50,856 nt of DNA, from positions 86,719 to 137,574 of the forward strand of contig MGYS01000016.1 of assembly GCA_001802565.1 (NCBI GenBank), in the 5' to 3' direction. Shown piece by piece: positions 34,794 through 44,690 of this stretch (position 1 is its first letter; each line of letters begins with the position of its first letter). The stretch comes from Gammaproteobacteria bacterium RIFCSPLOWO2_02_FULL_57_10 (GTDB lineage: Bacteria > Pseudomonadota > Gammaproteobacteria > Pseudomonadales > Pseudohongiellaceae). The notes beneath the pieces are model-generated. The model had not been told where the DNA came from and did not search any database. It saw only the letters and a program-made list of their open reading frames with translations. A program made the translations under genes and the position numbers.

Positions 34794-35102
34794 TCAGATC
34801 GTGGTCGGTTCCTTTGTGATGCAGGCCCGGTGAATCAGCGTGATGAGATCGCCAACCGTCTCCAGTTCCGCCATCAGTTGTTCGTCCGCCACTATTGCAA
34901 AGCGCGCCTCAAGAGCGAAGATGATTTCAACCAGTTTCAAGGAGTCCATTCCAAGTGAGCCGAGGCTTGTCGAATGTGCGAGTTCGATGTTGCAACGGCC
35001 TGAGTTCCGCAAGAGCTCCGTTACGACCAACTCTATGTTCTGTAATATGACTCCATGTGACCCCTCTTCCTGCGACGTCATAGCCTTCTCATGACAGTTC
35101 AT
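34794..35102 (-). CDS. Acyl carrier protein
   Basis: Phosphopantetheine attachment motif LGMDSLKLVE. The ATG overlaps the ligase stop as ATGA at 35099-35102. Confidence 0.8.
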   Translation of the reverse strand: MNCHEKAMTSQEEGSHGVILQNIELVVTELLRNSGRCNIELAHSTSLGSLGMDSLKLVEIIFALEARFAIVADEQLMAELETVGDLITLIHRACITKEPTTI

Positions 35103-36757
35103 GCAACCACTCCTTGTGCTTGTGTACGGACACTGAATTTCACAGAGCTTTCCAGGTAACGCTCCCTGCAACGCTCTCTCTGAAGTTTGCCGCTGGTTGT
35201 CAGGGGTAGTGCTCTTCTGGGGACGATTTGAACATCATCAGGCGCGATACCAAATTCATCGCACACCAGTGTGCTGGCAGCCGTCGGTATGGTGGTCATC
35301 ATCGCACCGCTGACGGTACTGGCGTGCTCCAGCAACAGGATCAGCGCATCGCTTTCATCATTCGGGACAGTGAACGCTGCGCAACGCGTGATGCCTTGAG
35401 TGTTGAGAACTCTCTCCACTCTTTCCTCGATATCTTCGGCATGAAATGTACGGCCGCGTCGCTTGAACACGTTCTTGAGTCGTCCCACGAAATGGAGCGT
35501 GCCCTGCCTGATGAATCCGAGATCGCCGGTCCGCATATAACCCCGCACGCCATCAAGGACTTGATCGAACGTCGTTCGTGTAGCGGCTGCATCATTGAAA
35601 TATCCCGGCGAGAGGGATGAAGACCTGAGCCACACCTCCCCAGTCGTTCCATCCGGAAGAGGACGCTGTTTCAGCGGGTCCACGATGACAATACTGTCTT
35701 GTTCCATGATGCGGCCCACTCCCGGATAATCGGTCTGGGAGGAGGGCGTGACACCATACTGACCACATACAAAGAGCGTTGACTCAGCCATGCCGTAGCA
35801 AGGGAAGAACGCTTCCTTGTCGAATGACGCGCTTGCGAACCGGCGCGCAAATCGTGCCAGAACGGAGGGAACGATTCTTTCGGAACCGCAATAGGCAAGA
35901 CGCCATGTGCTCAGATCCAACGGCTCCTCATCCTGTCGGAAAGGTTCACCATTTTCCGCGCACAGTGCATAGGCGAAAGTGGGCGCGCCACTGATCGTGG
36001 CTTTGCATCTGGAGATGGCGCGCAACCAGCGTAGTGGGTCACCAATGAAATCCGCAGGAGAAAGAAAATAGTTCGGCACGCCGCAGTAAAGAGACTGGAT
36101 GACATGACCGATCAGTCCCATATCGTGATGGAACGGCAGCCAGGATACGCAGACATGTTCCGGGGAACAGCCAAAACGTTGCCTGATGCTTTCGGAATTG
36201 TGCAACACATTCGCGTGCGTCACGATGACACCGCGCGGATGTGAGGTGGAGCCGGACGTGTATTGAATGAAGGCAATGTCGTGTGGTTGCACATCCGGGC
36301 GTTGCCACGATGCAACATCGACAGGCCAGTCAGGCACATCGGTGCAAAGGACTTGCACACGCCCTGCATGCAACAGCGCTTGCGGAATCAGCCTTTGCGT
36401 CGAGGAAAGCGTGAGGACAGTAGTCGCGCCACTTGTCGCAATCGTCCTTAAAACACTTGTCCAATCTTTCCCACGAGGCTTTGTGAGTGGCATGGGCCAT
36501 GCTCCGGCGAGAATGGTGCCTAGAAAAGCGACAATGAAGTCAGGGCCGTGAGGATAGAGCAGCGCGATGGGTGATTTCTGCAATCTGCGCTGCTGCAGGA
36601 CTGCGGCAATAGTCACCGCTTTGTCGTACAGTGCTGCATAGGTCAATTCGTGACTGATCGAGACTTCCTTGTTCAGAAAGGCATACAACCTTTGGTGCGG
36701 AGATTGATTGACCTGCATTTCCACAATGGATAGCAGATCCTGCTTGGTGGCTGACAT
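35099..36757 (-). CDS. Fatty acyl-AMP ligase-type adenylating enzyme (AMP-dependent synthetase/ligase)
   Basis: FIQYTSGSTSHPRGVIVTHANVLHN (AMP-binding core), YMRTGDLGF and TTSGKLQR. Followed directly by an ACP rather than using CoA, which is the FAAL arrangement. Confidence 0.8.
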   Translation of the reverse strand: MSATKQDLLSIVEMQVNQSPHQRLYAFLNKEVSISHELTYAALYDKAVTIAAVLQQRRLQKSPIALLYPHGPDFIVAFLGTILAGAWPMPLTKPRGKDWTSVLRTIATSGATTVLTLSSTQRLIPQALLHAGRVQVLCTDVPDWPVDVASWQRPDVQPHDIAFIQYTSGSTSHPRGVIVTHANVLHNSESIRQRFGCSPEHVCVSWLPFHHDMGLIGHVIQSLYCGVPNYFLSPADFIGDPLRWLRAISRCKATISGAPTFAYALCAENGEPFRQDEEPLDLSTWRLAYCGSERIVPSVLARFARRFASASFDKEAFFPCYGMAESTLFVCGQYGVTPSSQTDYPGVGRIMEQDSIVIVDPLKQRPLPDGTTGEVWLRSSSLSPGYFNDAAATRTTFDQVLDGVRGYMRTGDLGFIRQGTLHFVGRLKNVFKRRGRTFHAEDIEERVERVLNTQGITRCAAFTVPNDESDALILLLEHASTVSGAMMTTIPTAASTLVCDEFGIAPDDVQIVPRRALPLTTSGKLQRERCRERYLESSVKFSVRTQAQGVVA

Positions 36758-36886
36758 GGCGACACATCCTTGTTTCTGTTCCTGATGCCTTCCAAGTTAG
36801 ACCAACAATGTGAAATCGACAAGTCGATGGCGGGATTTCAGTTGAGAGCTATACTGGGATCGTGCAGAACGCTGGAGTGAGCGGAA

Positions 36887-37861
36887 ATGATCACGGAAGA
36901 AATTGGAAGAACGGATTCCTGCGCGCAGAACCATAGCGAATTTTCAGCAATGGTGGTGGGAAAAATTCTTTGGGAGTACGAAAAGGCGCCTTGTCGCATA
37001 CAAAGTCTCTACGAACTTGCCAAGGAGAAAATGTGGAATGCCAACAGTGATGTGCCGTGGAATGATTTCGGTCGTGACAGATCCTTTCCTTCCTCGCACG
37101 AAAGCGAACCACTGACAGGATTTGCGGAGTATGAGGCGCTTCCGGATGATGAAAGGCGCCGCATCAGTTGGTGGCGGCACGCGCTGGAGATCAGCGAGAT
37201 TCTCCATGGCGAGCAGGGTGCGTTGCTGGTCGCCTCGCAACTGGTCTCGTGCCTGCCCACTGTGGAATCCAAGTTGTTTGCGAGCTCACAGGTCTTTGAT
37301 GAAGCGCGGCATGTAGAATTCTTTTCGCGCTATTTGCGCGAAGTGGTTGGCGAAATTCATCCGCCGAGCGAGGAGTTGAAGCGGCTCATTCAATCGATGG
37401 TAGACGAACCGCGCTGGGACATGAAGTTCATCGCCTGTCAGATTCTGATCGAGAGTCTGGCGATGGCGAAATTCCAGGAGATTCGTCAGTCAACACAGGT
37501 GCCGGTGCTCGCCTTTGCGATTGATTACATCGCGGCTGATGAAGCACGGCACGTGAAATTCGGCACGGAGTTTCTCAAGGATCATCTCGCCAGTCTGAGC
37601 GCTCCCGAACTCGCGGAGCGCAGCGATTTCGTGCTCGATAATGTGCTGCGCCTGGCGAATTCATTGAATATCACCACGCGTATCGCGGAATCGTACGACT
37701 GGGATGTAGCGGCTCTGCGTCATCATCTGCGTCAGTATCGTGTACGCCATCCCGAGATCAATCGCAATCGCTTTCGCCAATTGCTCATCAATCTGAAGGC
37801 AGTGGGTTTGCTGACCGAGCGGACGCACATGCGGATGATGTCTATGGAGGTGATGCGGTAA
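36887..37861 (+). CDS. Ferritin-like diiron-carboxylate protein (oxygenase/desaturase-like)
   Basis: Ligand pattern E...ExxH...E...ExxH: ILHGEQGA, FDEARHVEF, ILIESLAM and AADEARHVKF. Divergent from the ligase operon. The start is uncertain. Confidence 0.6.
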   Translation: MITEEIGRTDSCAQNHSEFSAMVVGKILWEYEKAPCRIQSLYELAKEKMWNANSDVPWNDFGRDRSFPSSHESEPLTGFAEYEALPDDERRRISWWRHALEISEILHGEQGALLVASQLVSCLPTVESKLFASSQVFDEARHVEFFSRYLREVVGEIHPPSEELKRLIQSMVDEPRWDMKFIACQILIESLAMAKFQEIRQSTQVPVLAFAIDYIAADEARHVKFGTEFLKDHLASLSAPELAERSDFVLDNVLRLANSLNITTRIAESYDWDVAALRHHLRQYRVRHPEINRNRFRQLLINLKAVGLLTERTHMRMMSMEVMR

Positions 37862-37870
37862 GCGAGGGGT

Positions 37871-38083
37871 CTAGTCGATGAACTTCTTGATGACTATATC
37901 CGCACCAATTTCACCAGGAGAGGGTAGAGCAAGCTCGTCGGCGTGGACGCCATAGGCATCCAAGCCGTTGAGCAACTCGGCCTCGGAAAATGGCAGCTTG
38001 ACTCGGCGAGGAACCTTTTCGGCAGCATCAATCAAAATCTCGCCGCCTCCGACTTCAAGATGGATTTCGCGCGCTTCTTGAGC
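37871..38083 (-). pseudogene. Remnant of an AbrB/MazE-type antitoxin gene (no start codon, N-terminal domain missing)
   Basis: A 70-codon open frame bounded upstream by TAG: AQEAREIHLEVGGGEILIDAAEKVPRRVKLPFSEAELLNGLDAYGVHADELALPSPGEIG... It resembles the C-terminal two-thirds of MazE/PrlF-like antitoxins. No toxin gene follows. Confidence 0.4.
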
Positions 38084-38104
38084 CTAACGACTGGCGCAGT
38101 TTTG

Positions 38105-39475
<1,371 letters not shown>

Positions 39476-39674
39476 TTACTGAAAAGATAAGGATAAACGG
39501 GCACCGTGACCCGAGTCCACCTCCTTTCCCTGTCAATCGACAATTTGCCCTGAATCAGCAGGGAGAATGCAATGATTGAGGCACCAATGATACCGCCCGT
39601 CAAACTCGTTGCCTTTCTCGTCCTGTGTAGGCATTCTCAAACCTGAAGGAGCAATCTAACCCAGGAGGAAGACA

Positions 39675-40877
39675 GTGAAAATCATCAGAATATGCCTTGT
39701 CGCAGCGTTGCTGCAGTTATCGAATTCCTCGTATGCCCAAGACCTATGGATCCCCGCCGGCGTATCGTTGGGTGGTTCTGGCACTGCCCAATACAACTCC
39801 ACCACAGGGCTTCTCAATATTCCGTTTCTGCTCATGCGTCGACCAGGGCAACTTTCAGGAGAAGCAGTGTACGGTGCAGTGATGCAACACACAGGGAACA
39901 ATGAGTTCAAGCTGCTCAGAACCGCTGCGCTGCGGCAGGACGATGAATGTACTCAGGCTGAGGTGTTGGCCGCCATTCCGCAGTTGTCGTTGAGTTTGTC
40001 ATTGGAGCAGGCCGAGGCATTGATTGGCTGTAAAGCTGTGCTGAATGACAGAGGGACTGATTTGACTACTGGCCGCCTCGTAGCAGCCGGTTGGACCGGC
40101 GCTGATGGGATTGCCAATCCGGGGGCTGCGCATCTGGTCAGTCGGGTTGGCAATGCCGGTTATATCACTGGCGGTTCTGGACGGCCCGTGATCGGAAGCA
40201 TCGGCAGCGGTCTATCGATCACTTCACTCAATTACACTCCCCCGGGCGTGGTTTTCATCAGTGCAACGCCCGCTGTCATGTTGATATTTCGAGAGGGAAC
40301 TCTGGAGGAATACACCTACAGTGTGAATGACGGATATGCGGCGTGTCAGCTCGAGACGCTGACTGCAAACCATGCTCTGCTGACAGAAGGCATGAGCGGT
40401 GATGAAGTCAACCTTGCCCTGGGTTGCGGCCCGGACTCACGCCAGGGAACGGTGACAGTCAGTGAGCAGCGCGAAGAGCGCAGGTGGACAGCGGAAAGGA
40501 CCACGGTGACTGGTCAGGGTGACGTTTCAACCTCCGATGTACTGGTGACGGCGACACTGGTGGATGGTGTGCTGGACTCCACATCGATCATGCGCGGCTC
40601 GATGCAATCGTTCCGATCCTCGGATTGTTCGGTGGACACGCTGACAGACGGTGCCAATCGCATCCGTGAAGGACTGGCGGAATCTTCGCTGCTCGACGCT
40701 GTGGAGTGTGAGCCTGGATTCATCAGCAGCAGCAGCGTCAGCGAAACCGCAACCAAAAGCTACTACCAGTGGCGAACCGAAAACCGTGACGCATCACCGT
40801 TGGAGTCAGTGAACCGCTCACTGTCCGTGACATTAACTGATGGCGTAGTGAGCGATATCAACTTCCAAAGATTCTGA
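39675..40877 (+). CDS. Secreted protein of unknown function with repeated Cys-containing modules
   Basis: GTG start after a GGAGGAAG RBS. Signal peptide ending SSYAQD. Recurrent L-x-x-G/L-x-x-x-E/D-h-x-x-x-h-G/E-C modules. Confidence 0.5.
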   Translation: MKIIRICLVAALLQLSNSSYAQDLWIPAGVSLGGSGTAQYNSTTGLLNIPFLLMRRPGQLSGEAVYGAVMQHTGNNEFKLLRTAALRQDDECTQAEVLAAIPQLSLSLSLEQAEALIGCKAVLNDRGTDLTTGRLVAAGWTGADGIANPGAAHLVSRVGNAGYITGGSGRPVIGSIGSGLSITSLNYTPPGVVFISATPAVMLIFREGTLEEYTYSVNDGYAACQLETLTANHALLTEGMSGDEVNLALGCGPDSRQGTVTVSEQREERRWTAERTTVTGQGDVSTSDVLVTATLVDGVLDSTSIMRGSMQSFRSSDCSVDTLTDGANRIREGLAESSLLDAVECEPGFISSSSVSETATKSYYQWRTENRDASPLESVNRSLSVTLTDGVVSDINFQRF

Positions 40878-40936
40878 TCCGGCTGTAGGCCCCATGATGT
40901 GAACAGTGATGCGAGAAGAGGGAATGTGTTGGGGAG

Positions 40937-43129
40937 TTACAGCACTTCGAGTTTGGCGTAGGACAACACCAGCCACTTGCTGCCCGCATCATGAAAGTTC
41001 ACCTGCACGCGGGCATTCGCCCCGTGGCCCTCGCAGTTGAGCACCACGCCTTCGCCGAACTTGCCGTGGCGCACTCTGGAGCCCAGGCTGATTCCGGCGT
41101 CTGGAATGTCGTCCTGCACCAGAGAGGGGGCGGGGCGACCGTAGAACGCGGACGGCCTGGTGATAGTGGACTTGATCCGCACATGCTCGATCAGCTCAGC
41201 CGGAATCTCGCGGATGAAGCGCGAGGGTCGGGTGATGTTGACGTCGCCGTGCAGACGGCGTGACTCGGCATGAGTGAGGTAGAGTTTGCTCATGGCGCGG
41301 GTGATACCGACGTAGCAGAGGCGGCGTTCTTCTTCGAGCCCGGCCAGTCCGTCCATCGACATCTTGTGCGGGAACAGGCCTTCTTCCATCCCGGCGAGAA
41401 ACACCAGAGGGAATTCCAGACCCTTCGCGGAGTGCAGGGTCATCAGTTGCACGGCATCGTCGGATTCACTCGCCTGCCCCTCACCGGCATCGAGAGACGC
41501 CTGATCGAGGAACGCAGCGAGGAAGGCCATGGATTCGATGGCCATCGCTTCGGCATCCGGATCGAGTTCATCGAAACCACCGGCAGCATTCACGAGTTCC
41601 TGCAGGTTCTCGATGCGCGCGGCGGCTTTCTCGCCACCTTCCTTCTCGTGATGCGGAATCAGCCCGCTGTGAGTGATGATGTACTCGACTTTCTTCGCGA
41701 GTGCGAGCGGTTCAGCGCCTCGGTGCAGTGCATCGATCAGTTCCATGAAGTGCCGGATCGCACTTGATGCGCGTCCGGCGAGCAGACCATGCGTGAGACA
41801 TTTTTCTGCAGCGGCCCACAGCGACAATCCTTCATTGCGAGCCACACCGCGCAGGATCTCCAGCGTCTGATCGCCGATGCCTCGTGTCGGCACGTTGATG
41901 ATGCGTTCCACTGCGGTGTCGTCGTGACGGTTGACCAGCAGGCGCAGATACGCGAGCGCATTCTTGATTTCGAGCCGCTCGTAGAAGCGATGTCCGCCGT
42001 AGATGCGATAGGGCAGGCCCACACGCAGCAGCGCATCTTCCAGCTCCCGTGATTGCGCGTTGGAACGATAGAGGATGGCAGAGTCCTTGAGACGGTTGCC
42101 GGTGTTGAGCCAGCTCTGCAAACGTTCGACGATGAAGCGCGCCTCGTCCTGTTCGTTGAAGGCCTCGTAGAGAGAGATCGCCTCGCCGTCGCTGCCTTCG
42201 GTCCATAATTCCTTGCCGAGCCTTCCCTGATTGTTGCTGATCAGTTTGTTGGCGGCCTTCAGGATATTGGAGGTGGAGCGATAGTTCTGCTCCAGCCGCA
42301 CCATGTCCGCGCCCGGAAAATCCTGATTGAAGCGCTGGATGTTCTCGATCTTCGCGCCGCGCCAACCATAGATCGATTGATCGTCGTCGCCCACCACCAT
42401 GAGGTGATTGTCCTTGCCCGCGAGCACGCGCAGCCACGCGTACTGGATCGTGTTGGTGTCCTGGAACTCATCAACGAGGATGTGCTGGAAGCGACGCTGA
42501 TAGTGCTGGAGGATCTGCGGATTGTTCAGCCACAGCTCGTGAGCGCGCAGCAGGATCTCGCCGAAGTCGACCATGCCGCCGCGCTGGCACGCGTCTTCAT
42601 ACGCCGCGTAGAGCTGAATCATGTTGCGCGTGTACTCATCGCCGAAATGCTCGATGTGTTTCGCGCGCAGGCCTTCGTCCTTCTGCGAATTGATCCACCA
42701 CTGGCACTGACGTGGTGGCCAGCGCTCTTCATCAAGTCCGAGGTTCTTGCATAGGCGTTTGATCAGTCGCAGCTGGTCATCGCTGTCGAGAATGTGAAAA
42801 TTTTCCGGTAGATTCGCCTCGCGAAAATGCATGCGCAGCAGACGATGTGCAAGACCGTGGAAGGTGCCGACCCACATGCCGCCGAGGGACTGTCCCAGCA
42901 GGTGCTCGATGCGATGGCGCATCTCGCGGGCGGCCTTGTTGGTGAAGGTCACGGCAAGGATGCTGAAAGGGGAGACCCCTTCGATCTGCATGAGCCAGGC
43001 GATGCGGTGTACCAGCACGCGGGTCTTGCCGCTGCCAGCGCCGGCCAGTACCAGAAGGTTGTTGGCGGGGGCAGCCACGGCCTGGCGTTGCGGTTCGTTG
43101 AGAGAGTCGAGAAGGTAAGAGACGTCCAT
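40937..43129 (-). CDS. uvrD: DNA helicase II
   Basis: LVLAGAGSGKTRVL (Walker A), VDEFQDTN (motif II), NYRST, VTFTNKAA and TLHSAKGLEF. Start at MDVSYLLDSLNEPQRQAV; the upstream extension runs into a REP. Confidence 0.9.
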   Translation of the reverse strand: MDVSYLLDSLNEPQRQAVAAPANNLLVLAGAGSGKTRVLVHRIAWLMQIEGVSPFSILAVTFTNKAAREMRHRIEHLLGQSLGGMWVGTFHGLAHRLLRMHFREANLPENFHILDSDDQLRLIKRLCKNLGLDEERWPPRQCQWWINSQKDEGLRAKHIEHFGDEYTRNMIQLYAAYEDACQRGGMVDFGEILLRAHELWLNNPQILQHYQRRFQHILVDEFQDTNTIQYAWLRVLAGKDNHLMVVGDDDQSIYGWRGAKIENIQRFNQDFPGADMVRLEQNYRSTSNILKAANKLISNNQGRLGKELWTEGSDGEAISLYEAFNEQDEARFIVERLQSWLNTGNRLKDSAILYRSNAQSRELEDALLRVGLPYRIYGGHRFYERLEIKNALAYLRLLVNRHDDTAVERIINVPTRGIGDQTLEILRGVARNEGLSLWAAAEKCLTHGLLAGRASSAIRHFMELIDALHRGAEPLALAKKVEYIITHSGLIPHHEKEGGEKAAARIENLQELVNAAGGFDELDPDAEAMAIESMAFLAAFLDQASLDAGEGQASESDDAVQLMTLHSAKGLEFPLVFLAGMEEGLFPHKMSMDGLAGLEEERRLCYVGITRAMSKLYLTHAESRRLHGDVNITRPSRFIREIPAELIEHVRIKSTITRPSAFYGRPAPSLVQDDIPDAGISLGSRVRHGKFGEGVVLNCEGHGANARVQVNFHDAGSKWLVLSYAKLEVL

Positions 43130-43182
43130 GGCGCGGGATTGTAGCCTGAATAAAAACACAGTACACGTGCAACTTCTGTCCT

Positions 43183-43244
43183 TGTGGTAGCGAGCCCTGC
43201 TCGCGATTGTTTGAAAAGCATCGCGAGCAGGGCTCGCTACCACA
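43183..43244. repeat. REP inverted pair (variant core TGTGGTAGC)
   Basis: tgtggtagcgagccctgctcgcgat ... atcgcgagcagggctcgctaccaca. Confidence 0.8.
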
Positions 43245-43388
43245 GATGAGGTGACAGGCAGGCTTTGTTTATGCGGAGGCGCTTGCTAAGATGCGACAAC
43301 TGTCCTGAACGGCCGCTCTATGAGTTTTTACTCCTCGCGGCCATCAGCAAAATCACCCGCATAACCGTCAGCGCCACGAGGAGTTCCC

Positions 43389-44576
43389 ATGTCCGCCAGC
43401 TCAGATTCCGCCAAATTCAATTGGCAGGACCCCTTTCTGATGAACGACCTGCTCACTGAAGAGGAGCGCCTCGTTCGCGATACCGCCCGTCAGTATGCGC
43501 AGGAGAAACTATTGCCGCGTGTGCGCGACGCCTACCGCCGGGAATACACCGACCCCGCCATCTTCCGTGAGATGGGCGAACTGGGCCTGCTTGGCGCGAC
43601 CCTTGAAGGCTACGGCTGCGCGGGCGTGAACTATGTTTGCTACGGCCTGATGGCGCGCGAAGTCGAATCCGTGGATTCGGGCTATCGCTCCATGATGAGC
43701 GTGCAGTCCAGCCTCGTCATGCATCCCATCTACTCCTTCGGTTCGGAGGCCCAGAAGCAGAAGTATCTGCCGAAACTGGCCACAGGCGAGTGGATCGGCT
43801 GCTTCGGTCTGACCGAGCCGGACTACGGATCTGACCCGGGCGGGATGATCACCCGCGCCCGCAGTGTCGATGGTGGCTTCAGCATGAGTGGCGCGAAGAA
43901 CTGGATCAGCAACTCGCCGATCGCCGATGTGTTCGTGGTGTGGGCGAAGGACGACGAGGGCGTGATTCGCGGTTTCATTCTCGAGAAGGGTATGAAGGGA
44001 CTGTCTGCACCGAAGATCGAGGGCAAGCTGGCACTGCGTGCGTCCATCACCGGCGAGATTGTCATGGACAACGTGTTCGTGCCTGCCGAGAACATGCTGC
44101 CGAATGTGCAGGGTTTGAAAGGCCCGTTCAGCTGTCTGAACTCCGCACGTCTGGGCATTGCCTGGGGCGCACTCGGCGCGGCTGAGACCTGCTGGAAGAC
44201 GGCGCTGCAGTACACGCTGGATCGCAAGCAGTTCGACAGACCGCTGGCGGCCAATCAGTTGATCCAGAAGAAGCTGGCCGTGATGCAGACCGATATTTCT
44301 CTCGGCCTGCTTGGCTGCCTGCAGGGCTCACGCCTGCGTGATGAGAACAAGCTGTCACCGCCGCTGATCTCTCTGCTCAAGCGTAACTCGTGTCTGAAGG
44401 CGCTTGAGACTGCGCGCGAGGCTCGCGACATGCTGGGGGGCAATGGCATCTCCGACGAATATCCGGTGATGCGGCATCTGCAGAACCTGGAAGTGGTGAA
44501 CACCTACGAGGGCACGCAGGATATCCACGCGCTGATTCTTGGTCGTGCGCAAACCGGCATCCAGGCATTCAGCTGA
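43389..44576 (+). CDS. gcdH: Acyl-CoA dehydrogenase, glutaryl-CoA dehydrogenase-like
   Basis: [33 protein letters not shown]-terminus, [17 protein letters not shown] and [22 protein letters not shown]. Confidence 0.8.
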   Translation: MSASSDSAKFNWQDPFLMNDLLTEEERLVRDTARQYAQEKLLPRVRDAYRREYTDPAIFREMGELGLLGATLEGYGCAGVNYVCYGLMAREVESVDSGYRSMMSVQSSLVMHPIYSFGSEAQKQKYLPKLATGEWIGCFGLTEPDYGSDPGGMITRARSVDGGFSMSGAKNWISNSPIADVFVVWAKDDEGVIRGFILEKGMKGLSAPKIEGKLALRASITGEIVMDNVFVPAENMLPNVQGLKGPFSCLNSARLGIAWGALGAAETCWKTALQYTLDRKQFDRPLAANQLIQKKLAVMQTDISLGLLGCLQGSRLRDENKLSPPLISLLKRNSCLKALETAREARDMLGGNGISDEYPVMRHLQNLEVVNTYEGTQDIHALILGRAQTGIQAFS

Positions 44577-44587
44577 GCAGCATTTTC

Positions 44588-44656
44588 TGTGGGAGCGAGC
44601 CCTGCTCGCGATTGACTGAACGCTGAGTTCAATCGCGAGCAGGGCTCGCTCCCACA
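44588..44656. repeat. REP inverted pair
   Basis: tgtgggagcgagccctgctcgcgat ... atcgcgagcagggctcgctcccaca, between convergent genes. Confidence 0.85.
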
Positions 44657-44690
44657 ATCAGTGGAGATGATGTCAGCAAAGCAAAGTGAC

